Source: Octopus sinensis (lineage: Eukaryota). Taken from it: a stretch of DNA of 64,000 bases. The position numbers and the translations under genes are program-made. The stretch covers positions 23,374,001 to 23,438,000 of the forward strand of contig NC_043005.1 of assembly GCF_006345805.1 (NCBI RefSeq). Direction: 5' to 3'. The notes beneath the pieces were generated by a model that saw only the letters and a program-made list of their open reading frames with translations, made no database searches and was not told the origin of the DNA. Shown piece after piece: positions 12,770 to 25,770 of the stretch. The stretch's first letter is position 1, and the number at the start of each line of letters is the position of its first letter.

Positions 12770-13080
12770 AGCTCTACTCTTCAACTTAGGTAACAGAAAT
12801 TTCCTATCAAATACTTGCAGTGAGTCATTTGACTTGCTGTACCCTAGATGTGCCATGTTTCAGTTTCATGGGTTAAGTGATGAGATGAATGGTAAGTGTT
12901 TCCCTGAGTCTGTTGGTGTTCTGCCATCCAGTCTGACCATCTGGTGGTGACTGTGGTAAAAGTTAGTTGGACTCTTTGATGTGATGAGCCAGCACAAACA
13001 TTTTGCTTGGGAAGGGGCTGCACATTGAGCTTCACTTTGTCTCAATACATTGCCATTTAGGTCTGGTAAATTCCTTGAAT
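12770..13080 (-). mobile_element. possible Helitron PIF1-like helicase remnant
   Basis: Frameshifted fragments (PDG..MAEH, HGT, RKFLLPKL) loosely match the G.PPH.L.L..G.P..L.RNL....L.NGTRL...PRI region. Confidence 0.3.
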
Positions 13081-13440
13081 ATATTTTTATTTTTTAATTT
13101 TTTATGACATTGCCAAAATTCTCTGTAAGCAGCATAGAATAACAAGAACAGTCTCAGAAAACCAAGCCTGTGACCCACTTACAAGTTTTGGTTCTTTCAG
13201 TTTCATGTATATTGCTAATGTTCTTGGGGAGATAAAAAAATTTTTTTAAAACTTGAACATTGCAACATTCCATTTTTCCTCTCGTGTAAATTTGTAACAT
13301 TGCTTTTCAAATGTAAAAGAAATTGCAATGTTGCCCTTAATGAAATAATTAGTTTGTTTATTTTATATCTAACCTTTACCTGAAAATTACTATACCTTTA
13401 ATATACTGACATCGTGTTTGTAGTTGTTGGTGTCATAGTC

Positions 13441-13745
13441 AGAGCCGTGTGGTTGAGTGGTTTGTTCCTAAATCACATGGTTTTTGGTTCAGTTCCACTG
13501 CGGGGCAGCTTGGAATGGACTTGACTACTACAGCCTTGGGCGTGGACTTGATTCGTCAGAAACTGAAAGGAGCTTTTTGTGCACATGTGAGTGTGTGTTT
13601 CAGTCACCTTGTCTTTATCAGATGGTGATTGTAAGTGAATGTCCCCATCATACAAGCAGTTTCATTTGTTTACAGTCTTCTGTGAATTGTGTCCAGCTAG
13701 GTGGCAGGATGGACAAATTCTGTTTGACCCATGCAACTGGTAGAC
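13441..13745 (+). mobile_element. degenerate SINE
   Basis: gccgtgtggttgag..ggttcagttccactgcggggcagcttgg..gaaactgaaagg. Confidence 0.7.
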
Positions 13746-14410
13746 AAACATTTACTTTTTAAGCCTTACTCTGGATGCAGATATGGCTGAGTAGTTTAAA
13801 AAGTTTGCGGCTGTGTGACTTAGGGTTCATTTTTCTACCTTAAGCAAGCATTCATTACTAATGATTGAAGTTGACTAAAGCCTAGTGAATGAATTTTGGC
13901 TGACAGAAATTGTATGCAAGGGTGTTGGAGACACCTGTTCTTGGATTTAATTCATCACTTAATTTAACACTGTTATATGACCCTTGGATTTCTACTCTTG
14001 CAAGCAGTCAGACCAAGTCACCAACCTATAGTTGACTTCTTCCCTTCCTCCCACTAGTTTGGGTTGCTCTGAGAAAGGTCATGGGCACCACTCTTCCTAC
14101 TGTGACCAAGCCATTAATTTCTGATTCAGCAAAGTTTGTACTATACTTAAATTGGGAGGGTCAGCAAGATTCACTCTTGCCCAAGTAATATATATCATTT
14201 CGTTTATGTCATTTTTTCCCTGTTGGTGTGAATCGGAAGGAACTTGTTGAGATAATATTCCACAGTAGGATGTCCTTCCTGGCACCAACCCTAGTTTTAT
14301 ATGTATAGTACTTAGTGCTTAACATGAACTACTAGTTGCCAGACTTTAGTGTATGCGGGGTATAAACATTGTCACCACTATCCCTGCAAAGACATAGATA
14401 CAAACGCTTG

Positions 14411-14439
<29 letters not shown>

Positions 14440-14442
<3 letters not shown>

Positions 14443-15065
14443 AATCTTGATTTTAAGTCTGCTTTACATGCTGGCATGGGTTGGATGAGTTATTGTGACA
14501 GTGGAAGTCAGTTTTTATTCCAAGTTACTGCTTTGCTAGGTGTGTTCAGGGGACAGTATCTTACCCATATATTTCATATTGGTTTGTGATTTCTATCAGT
14601 GAATGTCCTTCCTAACATCGACCACTTTACAGAGTGTACTGATGAATTCTATTGTGATACCAGCACCTCACAGATTCTTTTTACTTTGAGTACTTGGCAC
14701 TTTATGCAACTGTCATACTCATACCCATCACATGCCTGTACCAACATTGCATCTGATTCTTCTTATATCCAAATTTTCCCAGAACCCATTTGTAATCCAT
14801 TGTCCGTGCACACTAAAATTTCACATCAGGTGAAGCATACTAGCCTCACTTCTTTCTTGTCTTCAAATCCTCTGCATTTAAGATCCATGTCTCGCTTACC
14901 ATGTAGCATTACACTTTGCACATAAGCATCATGCAATCTATCTTTAACTTGGAGAGAGAAGCTCTTTATTGCCAGCAAAGATAAAATAGGTCCTTGAACT
15001 TTTTCCAACCTGTTCTTAGTCTGGCTACTATGCTTTGAGAGTGTACATCCCTACTGGTTACCTAC
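14440..15065 (-). mobile_element. RTE LINE 3' part (post-RT region and tail)
   Basis: ORF 14826-15008 FSLQVKDRLHDAYVQSVMLHG resembles the RTE post-RT motif (KG.LY...V.S.MLYG.E.W); tail catgctggcatgggttgga. Confidence 0.7.
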
Positions 15066-17009
15066 ACAACAAAATCCTCAGACTGGTTTCAGTTGCTGGC
15101 TTGAAGCCAAACTGTCTTATTCTATCATTATTTGTTGAATGGTTATTTTTGATGTGACAGCTTTCAGTAGTTTCCGTCTTTCCCTATTCCTGTTTTGAAG
15201 TATCAATCTACCCCAAACTGCATTAGACACACATCCTTGGTGCTCTGCGGTAGGATTAAATACAACACCATTTAATTACTTTATCATTTTGTACTAATAA
15301 AGTGTAAAACTTGTCATGATTTTATTGCAAAGGTCAATCAACGTGTGCATGTACAGATGCACACATATCTTCATGAGTCAAATGAAATTCGTTAAGACAG
15401 ATTGTTTTTCTATGGTCAGAAACTCTTCTTGTTGCCGACCCTACCTCATTCTCAAGCACATTTTGCTTTAGTCTGGACATGCTTACAATTAGTGAATGAT
15501 CAAGACAAGAAAAGGTACGCATGTATCTCCCTACACACACACATACCCCTACCTACCTACCTATCTACATACCTAGTTTTCAGTAATGCAACAGTGAATA
15601 TGATTATGTAAGCCTGAAAAACATGGCCTGGCTTTAGTTTCTGATAAAAGTTTTTATTCTCTTCAGCTTTGCCGTTGTCCTTGGAGGAAAGGCATGAATG
15701 TTATCCTCCCCCATTATTTATGAGTTCTTCTACCTATGCTAAGTACCATGTTGGTAGAACCCTTACAACACTGAACTAAAACATTTTACCCCTGTTATGT
15801 TCTGACTAAAAAAATCACACCAGGTAGTTGATAATACACTTGTGGTCAGTTCAAAGAATCCTATTCCTTCTGCAAAAAGAATATGTTCTGTGCTTAGTCC
15901 AAAGAAATCAATATTACTTTATGCATGGTTTCCCTTCTAAATTTCCATTTGCTCATTCTTCCCTCATCTACCATTTTTCCTAATTCCACTTGTTTTATTC
16001 CTTAATCTATCAAGAAACAGTCCGATAAAAGAGCTTAGAAGAAATATTCTTGATCTCTGTTCATTTTGTTGCTGTTTTGCTCTCTACATTTTGTGTGCTT
16101 TCCTCGGCTTAAGTTTGCTACAGATAACATGTAAAATGTGGATTTCTGTGCGTTTCTGTTGTGGCAGTGCCAAACAAATAAGATATAATTAGCCAGCTAC
16201 TCTTCCACAACACAATTGCATTTCTAGAGTAGGTTTTAATTTTTTTTTCCTTTTCTTTTCTTGCTTTTTTTTTTATACTTTTCCTTGTCTTGTCACTGCA
16301 AACACAATCAAAAAGGAGGTGGGGAAAACAGAATGAAAAAAAGAAAAGAAGACAGAAAAAAAATATATTTCAGACTAGATTTTGTGTAGGCTGGTCCAGA
16401 ATAAACTCCCCAGTTGCTTGCTGAAAGAAAGAAAGGATGTTACTGTCATTGGTTGAGATACACCATTATATATATATATCCTTGCCACTTGACAAACTCT
16501 GTCTTCTCCTCAAGTAAGCAGTAATGCTTAATGTTTCTTTGGGTTCTCTTTATCTTGCTCTCCTCTCACTCTTCTTTTTTACTTTGATATTTTGTTCCAC
16601 TCTTTCTACAGTGACTGGCTGCATATTTGTTGTTGTTGCTGATTGTTAAGATTTATTTTAGTTTTTCCTAACACTAATCTGTTTGTCCTTGCTTTGCTGC
16701 CTACATTTCTTGTCCTTTCGCCTGCAGGTGATTGAGTTGTTTGTTGTTATTTATTATTTTTTTATTTACTTAAATTTTCATCTTGGAGGGGGAAATATCT
16801 ACAGTTCACTGAAGAAAGAAAAGTGTACTTTTGTATCTGTACACCCTGTATGGTGCTATTTAGTATGCCACCATCACCCATTTCTCTCCTTTTTGCTTAA
16901 TTGTATCATTTGAAAGAGTTATTTTTAAATTTATTTATTATGCTGTCTGTGGATCATTGATGAATTCTCTTTCAAAGCCAAGTGAAGAAGACTTAATGAA
17001 TTTATTTTT

Positions 17010-17041
<32 letters not shown>

Positions 17042-17071
17042 ACACACCCACCCAATGTCAATTTGATTATT

Positions 17072-17096
17072 AATTTTTTTATTTTTTTCTTTACAG
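17072..17096 (+). promoter_or_regulatory. 3' splice site (polypyrimidine tract plus CAG) ahead of the coding exon
   Basis: ttttttatttttttctttacag|gtgaaacattggaccaaacATG; the ATG is 19 nt into the exon, in a good context (aaacATGG). Confidence 0.8.
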
Positions 17097-17115
17097 GTGA
17101 AACATTGGACCAAAC

Positions 17116-19188
17116 ATGGAATTTAATGAAGAAGAAACTGTCAGTGTAAATACCAGGGACATTGACTTATCTCTTTTACGTAAGTCATTGCAAGCCAGGG
17201 GAAAAACAATTGATCAGCTTGTAAACTGCATATATTATGGCACCACTGAAGTCCGACAGTATATCCTTAATGAGTCGGATGTCATTATTGAATGTAAGGC
17301 ATGCCGCAACCTTTTCCGAGCATTACCTAACTTTGTGGCTCACAAGAGAATTTATTGTATGGATTCACACCTTAATGTCAACATACCACTACTACGTGAT
17401 CCAGAAGAAGTAATCTCTGTGAATCCTGAGCCACCAGATGGTGAAGAAGGTGATGATTTTATTGAAACGTCTATTGGCCTGGCGAAGCAGAATTTGATGA
17501 ATGGACGAGATATGTCCCTTGATGAAAATTACATGAGTTCAGAGAGCGATACTGTAAGGTCAGAGACTCAGTTCTACGAGAGAATTTGCAATCAGCTTGA
17601 AAAGCAAAAACCTGACCCCACCATTGGTGTTCGGTTCGAGCCAATTGAAGGAACTGATGTTGCTGTGAGAGTTGTGCCTCTCACTTCAGAATGTGATGCT
17701 AAGCTAGCTCAGGAAAACAATATATCAAAACAGAAAGTCCGTATACTAAGTCATCCGAATAAGATACAATCTAGCTCCAAGGTTACTCTTAAAACGGATC
17801 TAAAAACAAAGAAAGATATTAAGTTAAAAGCGGATTTTCGACAATTGCGCTGCTTGGAATGTAATCGGACAATGTCCTCTCGGCGTTATCTGGTGGAACA
17901 CATTCTGAATTTACACAGCGACAAGCGGCGTTATTTCTCTTGTCCTTACTGCAAAGTTAAGTTCCGTTATTTTCACTGTGTTGTACGTCATCTTCGAAGA
18001 GTACATGAATGTAGCAAAGATGTGATAGACAACATGCGTGAAAATCTCAGGAACTCTAGCTGGATCGAGAACTCTCCCAACAAAGCAAATAACAAAGTGC
18101 AACCCTTGCCCTCTACATCTTCACATTTTAAAGGTGAAGCTTCAAAGATTATTTCCCCAAAGAACAAAGAACATTCTGGTAAAGTTCAAAAACTGAAAGT
18201 GAAGTTATTTAGTCAAAAGAACACTCCTAGCAAGAGCAACCATACAGAATTTTATCCTCCTCTTACTGTCGTCAAGCAGGAAGTTTTAAGCGAGGAAGAG
18301 TCTGCAAAGGATTCTGATTCAGAAGTCAACACGGCTAAAGATTTGGATGTGAAAGATATGACAGGAAAACACCGGCCTCCTACTTTAGCTCAGAGAAAGA
18401 AAATGGCCATGCTAATGGATAAGAAAAGCTTGACCTGTTTACAGTGCAATCGAGGCTTTTCGAGAATGTCTGGTTTGGTGCGACATGTTGCGCACCATTT
18501 GGGCTGGAAACGATTCAAATGCAAGTTGTGTATGTACTCTGGCTATGACAGGTATGTTTGCAAATCGCATATTGAAAGAAACCATCTTGGTAAAGTTCCT
18601 GGTCTAACAAGGAAAGTAATGGATTACTACATTGTTGACCTCGAGGATGGTAAAATTGTTAATCCAGATGGTACTAAAAGTAAGAAGTTAGGTCTCAAAC
18701 TTGGTGTAAATCCTACTAAAAAGTCTACTTTATCATCAGCATCCACAGACATAAAACCAGTCACAGTATGCACAAGTCTGGGAAATAGCAGTGGGCTTTC
18801 CAGTGTGGCCACTGTCAGACTTTCACCTCTTTCAAACGAACAACTCCAGTTGAGTAAAGGTTGTGCTATATCCGCCGACAAGTCTGAGAAACCTCTAAAA
18901 GGTTCTGACTTGAAGAAGAAACTTCTCTCTATGGTTGACTACAGAACTCTCAAGTGTCTTGAGTGTAATAGAACATGGAACAAAAGATCACATTTACTGC
19001 GGCATGCAGCACACCACATTGGTTGGAAGCGGTTTAAATGCAAGTTGTGTGTGTTCTCAGGTTATGATCGCTACATGTGTAAGTCTCATCTTAAACGATG
19101 CCATCTGGGCAAAATCCATGGACTCACAGTAAAAGTACTTGACTACTATATAGTAGATATGATGGAAGAAGAAAACGACGAGGTTTAA
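17116..19188 (+). CDS. ZNF800: zinc finger protein 800-like, 690 aa, single coding exon
   Basis: Long intact ORF. The N-terminus DLSLLRKSLQ..IDQLVNCIYYGTTEVRQYILNESDVIIECKACRNLFRALPNFVAHKRIYC matches the conserved ZNF800 N-terminal block with its C2HC finger, followed by three pairs of C2H2 fingers. Confidence 0.9.
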   Translation: MEFNEEETVSVNTRDIDLSLLRKSLQARGKTIDQLVNCIYYGTTEVRQYILNESDVIIECKACRNLFRALPNFVAHKRIYCMDSHLNVNIPLLRDPEEVISVNPEPPDGEEGDDFIETSIGLAKQNLMNGRDMSLDENYMSSESDTVRSETQFYERICNQLEKQKPDPTIGVRFEPIEGTDVAVRVVPLTSECDAKLAQENNISKQKVRILSHPNKIQSSSKVTLKTDLKTKKDIKLKADFRQLRCLECNRTMSSRRYLVEHILNLHSDKRRYFSCPYCKVKFRYFHCVVRHLRRVHECSKDVIDNMRENLRNSSWIENSPNKANNKVQPLPSTSSHFKGEASKIISPKNKEHSGKVQKLKVKLFSQKNTPSKSNHTEFYPPLTVVKQEVLSEEESAKDSDSEVNTAKDLDVKDMTGKHRPPTLAQRKKMAMLMDKKSLTCLQCNRGFSRMSGLVRHVAHHLGWKRFKCKLCMYSGYDRYVCKSHIERNHLGKVPGLTRKVMDYYIVDLEDGKIVNPDGTKSKKLGLKLGVNPTKKSTLSSASTDIKPVTVCTSLGNSSGLSSVATVRLSPLSNEQLQLSKGCAISADKSEKPLKGSDLKKKLLSMVDYRTLKCLECNRTWNKRSHLLRHAAHHIGWKRFKCKLCVFSGYDRYMCKSHLKRCHLGKIHGLTVKVLDYYIVDMMEEENDEV

Positions 19189-20351
19189 GGAAAATATGAA
19201 TTGCCACCATGATGGAAGGAAATACTCTGTATGGGAACAGCTGTGTGTGTGTATGTAAGCATGAGTATGTGTTTACACATTACACGCATTCTCATTCACC
19301 TACACTCACACACATTTCAAATGAATGGTAATTGTCAAATAGAATTTTAATAAATTCAAAATATACTGATGAAATGCATACACATTGCTATATTTGCTAT
19401 ATGTATGTGAGTGTCTGTGTATCTGTGGTGTGCGTATTTGTATACATATATTTATGTATATAGATATGTCTTTGTGTATTATGTATATATACATACATAC
19501 ACACATACATATGGGCGTGCATACATAAATGTAATATATTACAAGTACTTGTTTGTGTACAACACATACAGCAAAGTTTTTTTTTTCTTTTGTGTGTATG
19601 TATCTATGAGATAATAATATTAATACCTTGTAGTATGTGAATTCTGTGCATATACATACATATGCATGCACACACACACACACACACACACAGCTACATA
19701 AAACATATACATGTAGTTGTGTATGTTCATTTTATTTAAATATAAACCATATATTTAAAAAAAAACAAAAAGAACCATTGAAGTGTAAGAATACCATTCC
19801 TTCTCTCTTTCTCTCTCTCTCCAAGATCTGAACCCTCACCTACCCCCAGACAACTATTTTATGTTTGTCTCTTCCACATAATGTCATGAGGAACGATTCT
19901 TAATTGTTCCTTTGATAATATCAGTGTCATTGATGTCTCATTAGAAAAGATGTTACCATCAACATTTATTATTATTATTATTATATTTTGGATTGGTTCT
20001 ATCCACTTCCATGTCTTTTCACTAAAACTTACACTTCAACCATTTTCTTTCATTTATTTTTTTATTGTGAGTTGAATGTTTATTTTCATGTTTTAACATG
20101 AGTTTAAGAGTGTTTGTCATATTTCTGCTATGGATTTTTGGTTATATATATATATACACTCACACACACACACATACATACTTACAACATACATACATAT
20201 AGAGATAGATAGATAGATACACACACACACGTTTAATCATAATGAAGATTTTTGTGAGAAGAGGGAATATCTGTTTACTTACATGATTTATATAAGCCAC
20301 AATATCCTCTCATGGTGGCCAAATTTTTAATTTCTCATTGGCAGGTAGCAT

Positions 20352-20482
20352 GGATTTCAAATTCCGCCAAGGCTGACTTTGCCTTTCATCCTTTCGGGGG
20401 TCGATGAAATAAGTACCAGTTAAGCACTGGGGTCAATGTAATCTACTAACCTCCTCTCTGAAAATTTCAGGCTTTGTGCCTA
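20352..20482 (+). mobile_element. 3' half of a second SINE family (tcaaattccgcc..gcctttcatcc type)
   Basis: ttcaaattccgccaaggctgactttgcctttcatcctttcgggggtcgatgaaataagtaccag; same family as 40603, 61297 and 62136. Confidence 0.85.
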
Positions 20483-20997
20483 TAATGGAAAGGATTATTA
20501 TTAAGGGAATTGGATGGCTGCATCAGTTGCACATTGGACAAAATGCCTGGCAGTTTTACTTTAGTTAACGTTCTTTTAAGCTCTGAGCTAAATCTTGCCA
20601 GAGTCTACTTTTACCTTTCAATCCACCTGTAATTTAAGTTCAGTCAACAAAAATCTTGGGCTAGTGTTAACAATCATCACCATCATCATCATCGTCATTG
20701 CCATCATCATCATCATCATCATTACTTTGTTTTAAGGAAGTTCATTTGCAGATATATGGCAATACACACACAAACACATGTAAATTTATAGTTTTATTTT
20801 TTCAATTGTTTTTTTATTTTTTTTTTTTTCCAAATTTAATTTTAAAAAGAAAATGGTACATTCTGAAGTATTTAAGTGTATTGTCCTAAATCATTTCCTG
20901 TTTAGTTGTAGAACTTAATATATTTTCACCCATCTTTCTTTGCTCTTGGTTGTGCTGAATCAAAGTTTCTACTTGTTGTCATTTGTTGTAATTGATG

Positions 20998-21530
20998 TTT
21001 CCAAATATGTTGTCAGTGGATAGAGCCATGGCAACCATTTAAATAACTACAGTCAGCATTTTCATTTTATTTATTATTATTTTTTTCTTCTAAACGGGGA
21101 CATATTAATCTTCCAAATATGGTGTTAATGGAGGTAGACACCACCAGCTTGAAAATGCAGCAAATATTTGCTTCCTGAGTTATTTCTTGGTAAACTTTTC
21201 CCTTCCAAATACGTTGTCGATGGAGCTATGACAACCATTTGGTAACTGGAGTAAACCTTTCTCTTTCAAATAATTCACCAGTAAACATTTCCCTCTGGAA
21301 AATGTTGTCAATAGTTATGACAACCTCTTAATAGCTGCAGTAAACCAATATATAGTTTATAGACCATTAACAGCTAATTGGTCACTCTTCTAAACATTTC
21401 CTTTACAAATATGTGTTAGTGGATATACTGCAGCTAACTGGTATCTTCAATAAATATCTCCTATTTAGAGATCTCAATGGCACCTTCTGCAAAGAATAGC
21501 TGCAATAAACATTTTCTCCATAGATATTTT
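20998..21530 (+). repeat. degenerate tandem array of about 60-100 bp units
   Basis: Recurrent (c/t)ttccaaatatgttgtc..atgacaacc..taactgcagtaaac motif, about 6-7 units. Confidence 0.7.
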
Positions 21531-22638
21531 TTTAAATCTATGAAAAAAAAAAACAGGGTATTTGGTGGTGGGGGGAACAGAGACCTTTCAATTTATGTTT
21601 ATATTTTTCATACCCAAGTTTCTGTTTATTATTATAATTAATGACAATAGTAAAATGAAAATCATTGTTCTCTCTCTCTCTCTCTCTTCAAGAGTTGTAT
21701 GTAAACTATTTTAATTTTCACCAAAGAATTTTGTCACCTTTCTACAGAAAATTTTGAGCCAAAGACAGACTTACTTATTGTAATAAAAGTTTACTAGTCT
21801 GATTTTGTTAAAAATAAACTAAACTTAGAATGAGAATTAAAACCCGAATAAAAAAAAAAGATGCAATGTGTCACCATCCTTAGATTATGCATTTATCATG
21901 TAGTTTTTATGTTTAATACATATTTCAAGTTGAAGAACTCCATGTAGTTAATTGACTATTTTGAATTTCTCACTGGGAGCAATCATCACATCAAATATGC
22001 AGTTTCTTGAAAACTACTTTTGCTGTGTAAATGGAGTGGTATTAAATTACATTGAATTTCTCTGCTTGAAAAAGATAAAAGATATATTCATGCTACATGT
22101 TATTTACATCCCCCCCCCCTTTTTTTTTTTGTCATTGCTACTACAACTCAGTGTGTATGGGTGTGTTCAACTTCAGTTTAGAGACTGATTTGTGTCTTAT
22201 GTTCTAAAAGTAAGAACTTTATAAGAATCTTATCGTCCCTGACCAAAAATCATAGTTGGCTGATCAAGAAAACTGTACAGTGAACGTGGTTGAGATTCTT
22301 TATTTTGGCTGCCTAACTGTAAATAGGTACCATTGTGCAGGTATCCCTCAAAATTCATCCATTTGACTTTTATTACTCAGGCTTTTACAAGTTTAAGGAG
22401 TACAAAAACTTAACAGATGATTCTTGAGGACTGCTTGCACACACACACACACAGAGAACTACTTGAGGCAAAAGTTGAAAGGACTAATCTTGAGAACTAT
22501 CTGTATTGAAACAACTACTTGTAAGCAATATCATATTTAAAGAATGTTTTATTAGCTTACACGGTTGGGTTTAAGTGCGAGTATAGTTCTAGAATGGTTT
22601 CCTCTGGGAAACCATTCCAGTGCTCTTCAGATCAGACT

Positions 22639-22676
<38 letters not shown>

Positions 22677-25544
22677 TAATCAGTCATACCATTGTATCCA
22701 GAACCTGGATCTGATTTTGGTTGTGTGCGATGACTAGTGTGTAGTACTCTGTACTTAACAGACAGCCATCAATGTTTGAAACTAAAAGGTTTCTCTGTTG
22801 GTTAGAATTAGGGCTTGATAATAAAAAAAGCTCAGCAGAATTTTTTCTGATAATCCAAAGGTGATGAGTTCACTCAAAACAGTTGTTTGTAGCTGATTAA
22901 CTTTTTATCACGGGGACTCAATCCTCTTCTCACCAACTCCAACTGAAAAAGAGAATCTTGCTCCCCTTGTAGTTATGTGGATTAGGTTAGATAGATTACT
23001 TGATTATTTAAAATATATACTTTGTGTAAAGGTCCAAACTGACAAATCTAACATTGAAAAAGTTAAAAAAAAAAAAAATTTAAACTGAAGAAAACAAAGA
23101 AAAAGTTGCTGTAATATGTGAGAAATCTGTGTTGTCCTTATTTACTTGTATGGAATGTATTACCTCATAAGTCCACACAACAGGCTGACAGCACTCAAAC
23201 ATTTCTATATTCATTTTCATTGAAAATAGGTCCAAATCTGCCCCCCCCCTGTTTGTGTATATATATATATACATACACACACACACACACATATATATGT
23301 ACATGCATACATACACACATATGCACATACGCATGTGTATGGGAGACAGCTTTGTTCATAAAGATGTTGGATAAAAAAAAACTCACTTGTGCTCCAGTTT
23401 CCTTTTTTTTATTAAAAATTTTCATATTTTTTTCAAGCTGTAAAGAATCTTTAATAAAATAGGGAAAAATCTAGAGCACAGTTAAGTTATCTAACACAAC
23501 ACACATATAAGTGTTTGCATATGTATGTACACATATAATATATATGTATAACATATACATATGCACACACACACACACATGCATACAATTTTTTAATTGT
23601 CCATTTTATCTATTCCAATACGGGTGGGAGTTTTCTATTTATTTTCACTTTTGCGCAAAAGTGGACATTTGCATATGTTTTGGAACCATATTTACAGCTG
23701 GATGCCTTTACTACTACTAACTGTATGTAACGTTGTTGTGGAAAATAGTAGTATCCGCCAGGCAGCCTGAAGTAACAAAATGCTTGAAACTGTTAGGTTG
23801 GAGTTGTGACCATCTGGCCAATATAACGGCTCTCTAAACCCCACTTCAACTGTGGTTCTTGAATTATACATTATCTCCCACCCAACATAACTCATTAACA
23901 GTAATAATGTTATTTGTCCCCCTCCTGTCTGTCTCTCTCTCTCTGTCTCTCTCTCTTTCCCCTCTCAACTAGCTCATTACTAGTGCTAGCACACTCTATA
24001 TTAGAAATGGTGAATGAAATGACCACAAGATTTTGTTGAGGTGTCCATTATGTCTAATGGGGTAGGTGATCATGTGACTAGAGCGTTGTGTTACACAATG
24101 TTTCATATCCCCCAAGTGTTGTGAGTCCTCTTCATTCTCAGGTGTTTCATTGTGTAATTGTTAGACAAGGCAGTTAATTCAGTGCCCCAATTCACCTGCC
24201 AGCAGCTGGGGAAGAGTGGTATGAAATCATATCTTTTGACTGTTTTCATTCAATAGATAGTTCCCCTGTATAAAAGTAAGGTGGGTATTCATCTCTCATC
24301 CCATTAACATCACAGAGCCCAAAGATAAAGGGGTTTATTCTTTTTATGGAGGGAGGGGGGTACTTTGTGGTTTATGAAACCATTTTATCAACATATCACT
24401 GTAAAGGTTATAATAAAGTTATTACACCAGCTGCAGTCCTATATTCAAAAGGACCAAATACTGGTTGAATTGAAACAATGTCATATTGGATACCCTTTTA
24501 TGACCAAAATACCTAGTTATATCCACCTGAAGAATATTTACATTGAAAATGATTTTATCTTGTCTGTATGTAACTTTCAAACATTTTCTACGTTTGATCC
24601 AATTTATACTGTTTTTTTTTTTGAATTTATGGATTACTTTTCATTGTTTTTATTGTTTATATTTTATTTATTTTGAATGTTGAATAAAAGAAAAAATTCA
24701 TTGTTCCATTCCCCACTCCCACTCCAATTGTAATCTTTGTTTCTGAGATGGTGAGTTTGATGTAAACACTATTTAGTAGTATCCAACTAGATACTTTACA
24801 GTATTTAGTTTCGTCACTTTACGTGTTATTCAGATTCTGCCAGTGTGTGGCAGATATGTTTTAATAATTAAATAATGAATTTATTTTTATTTATTTATTT
24901 TTTTTTGCTATACTCTCCTACCTACCTCTAATTGTACTTCACCTAATGTCTGTATCAGAAGTAATAGTATTATTCATATTGGTAGAATTGGTAGAGAACT
25001 GAGCTAAATACCTTGCCATATTTAGTTACATTCCTTAAAATGCTGTGTTCTGTTTGTGTTGAGGTTAACTATACCTTTCAGTAAAATTAATACCAGTTAC
25101 AAACTTGGGTCCAATTCATTTAACTATTTGTCTTCCTTACAAATTTGTGGCTTTGAGCCAATGTTGGAATTTATTATTTATTTATTAGCTGAGAGGCTAA
25201 GAATTTTACTTTGCAACCCCATGGTCCCAGGTCTGATCCTACTGCATAGCAATTTGGGCAAGTATCTTCATCTGTAGCCATGTGTGTCTTTATATCTGTG
25301 TAAGCCAGTGTCAGGTTGCATGCTCTGTCAAAGCATAACTCAGAAATTTGATAAAGTAGGAAACCTGACTGAAATAAGTACTGGGGCCAATATGATTGAC
25401 TAAAATCACCCTTGGAGGCAGGCCCTTGTATGGCTGCAGTCCAATGACTGAAACCAGTAAAAAAAAATACACATGCAGTTACAGATTTGGAGGAATTTTT
25501 GAAAGTTAATATTTATTTTCTTTGATAACGATGAGTAATGATAA

Positions 25545-25770
25545 GGGTTTCTAATATAAACACAAGGCCTGAAATTTTGTGGGGAAGGGTAAGTCAGTAA
25601 AATCGACCCAGTATTATGACTGGTGCTTTATTTTATTGATACCTGGATGAGGGACACTGAAAGGCAAAGCTAACTATGATGTGATTTGAACTCAGACTGT
25701 AAAGAGCTGGAACAAATATAGTGAGGTATTTTGTCTAACGCTCTAATGATTTTTGCCAATCTGTCACCCT
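25545..25770 (-). mobile_element. degenerate SINE (second family)
   Basis: cacaaggcctgaaatttt..ctggtgctttattttattga..gaaaggcaaag..atttgaactcaga..gccaatctgtcacc. Confidence 0.7.

Noticed and set aside
17911-19132. Short ORFs overlapping the ZNF800 CDS
   Set aside because: Shadow frames of the real coding sequence
20998-21530. CRISPR-like appearance of the GTTGTC..GACAAC repeats; IRE-like CAGTG at 21014
   Set aside because: Units are degenerate with irregular spacing, the context is eukaryotic with no cas genes, and the IRE stem and C-bulge do not form
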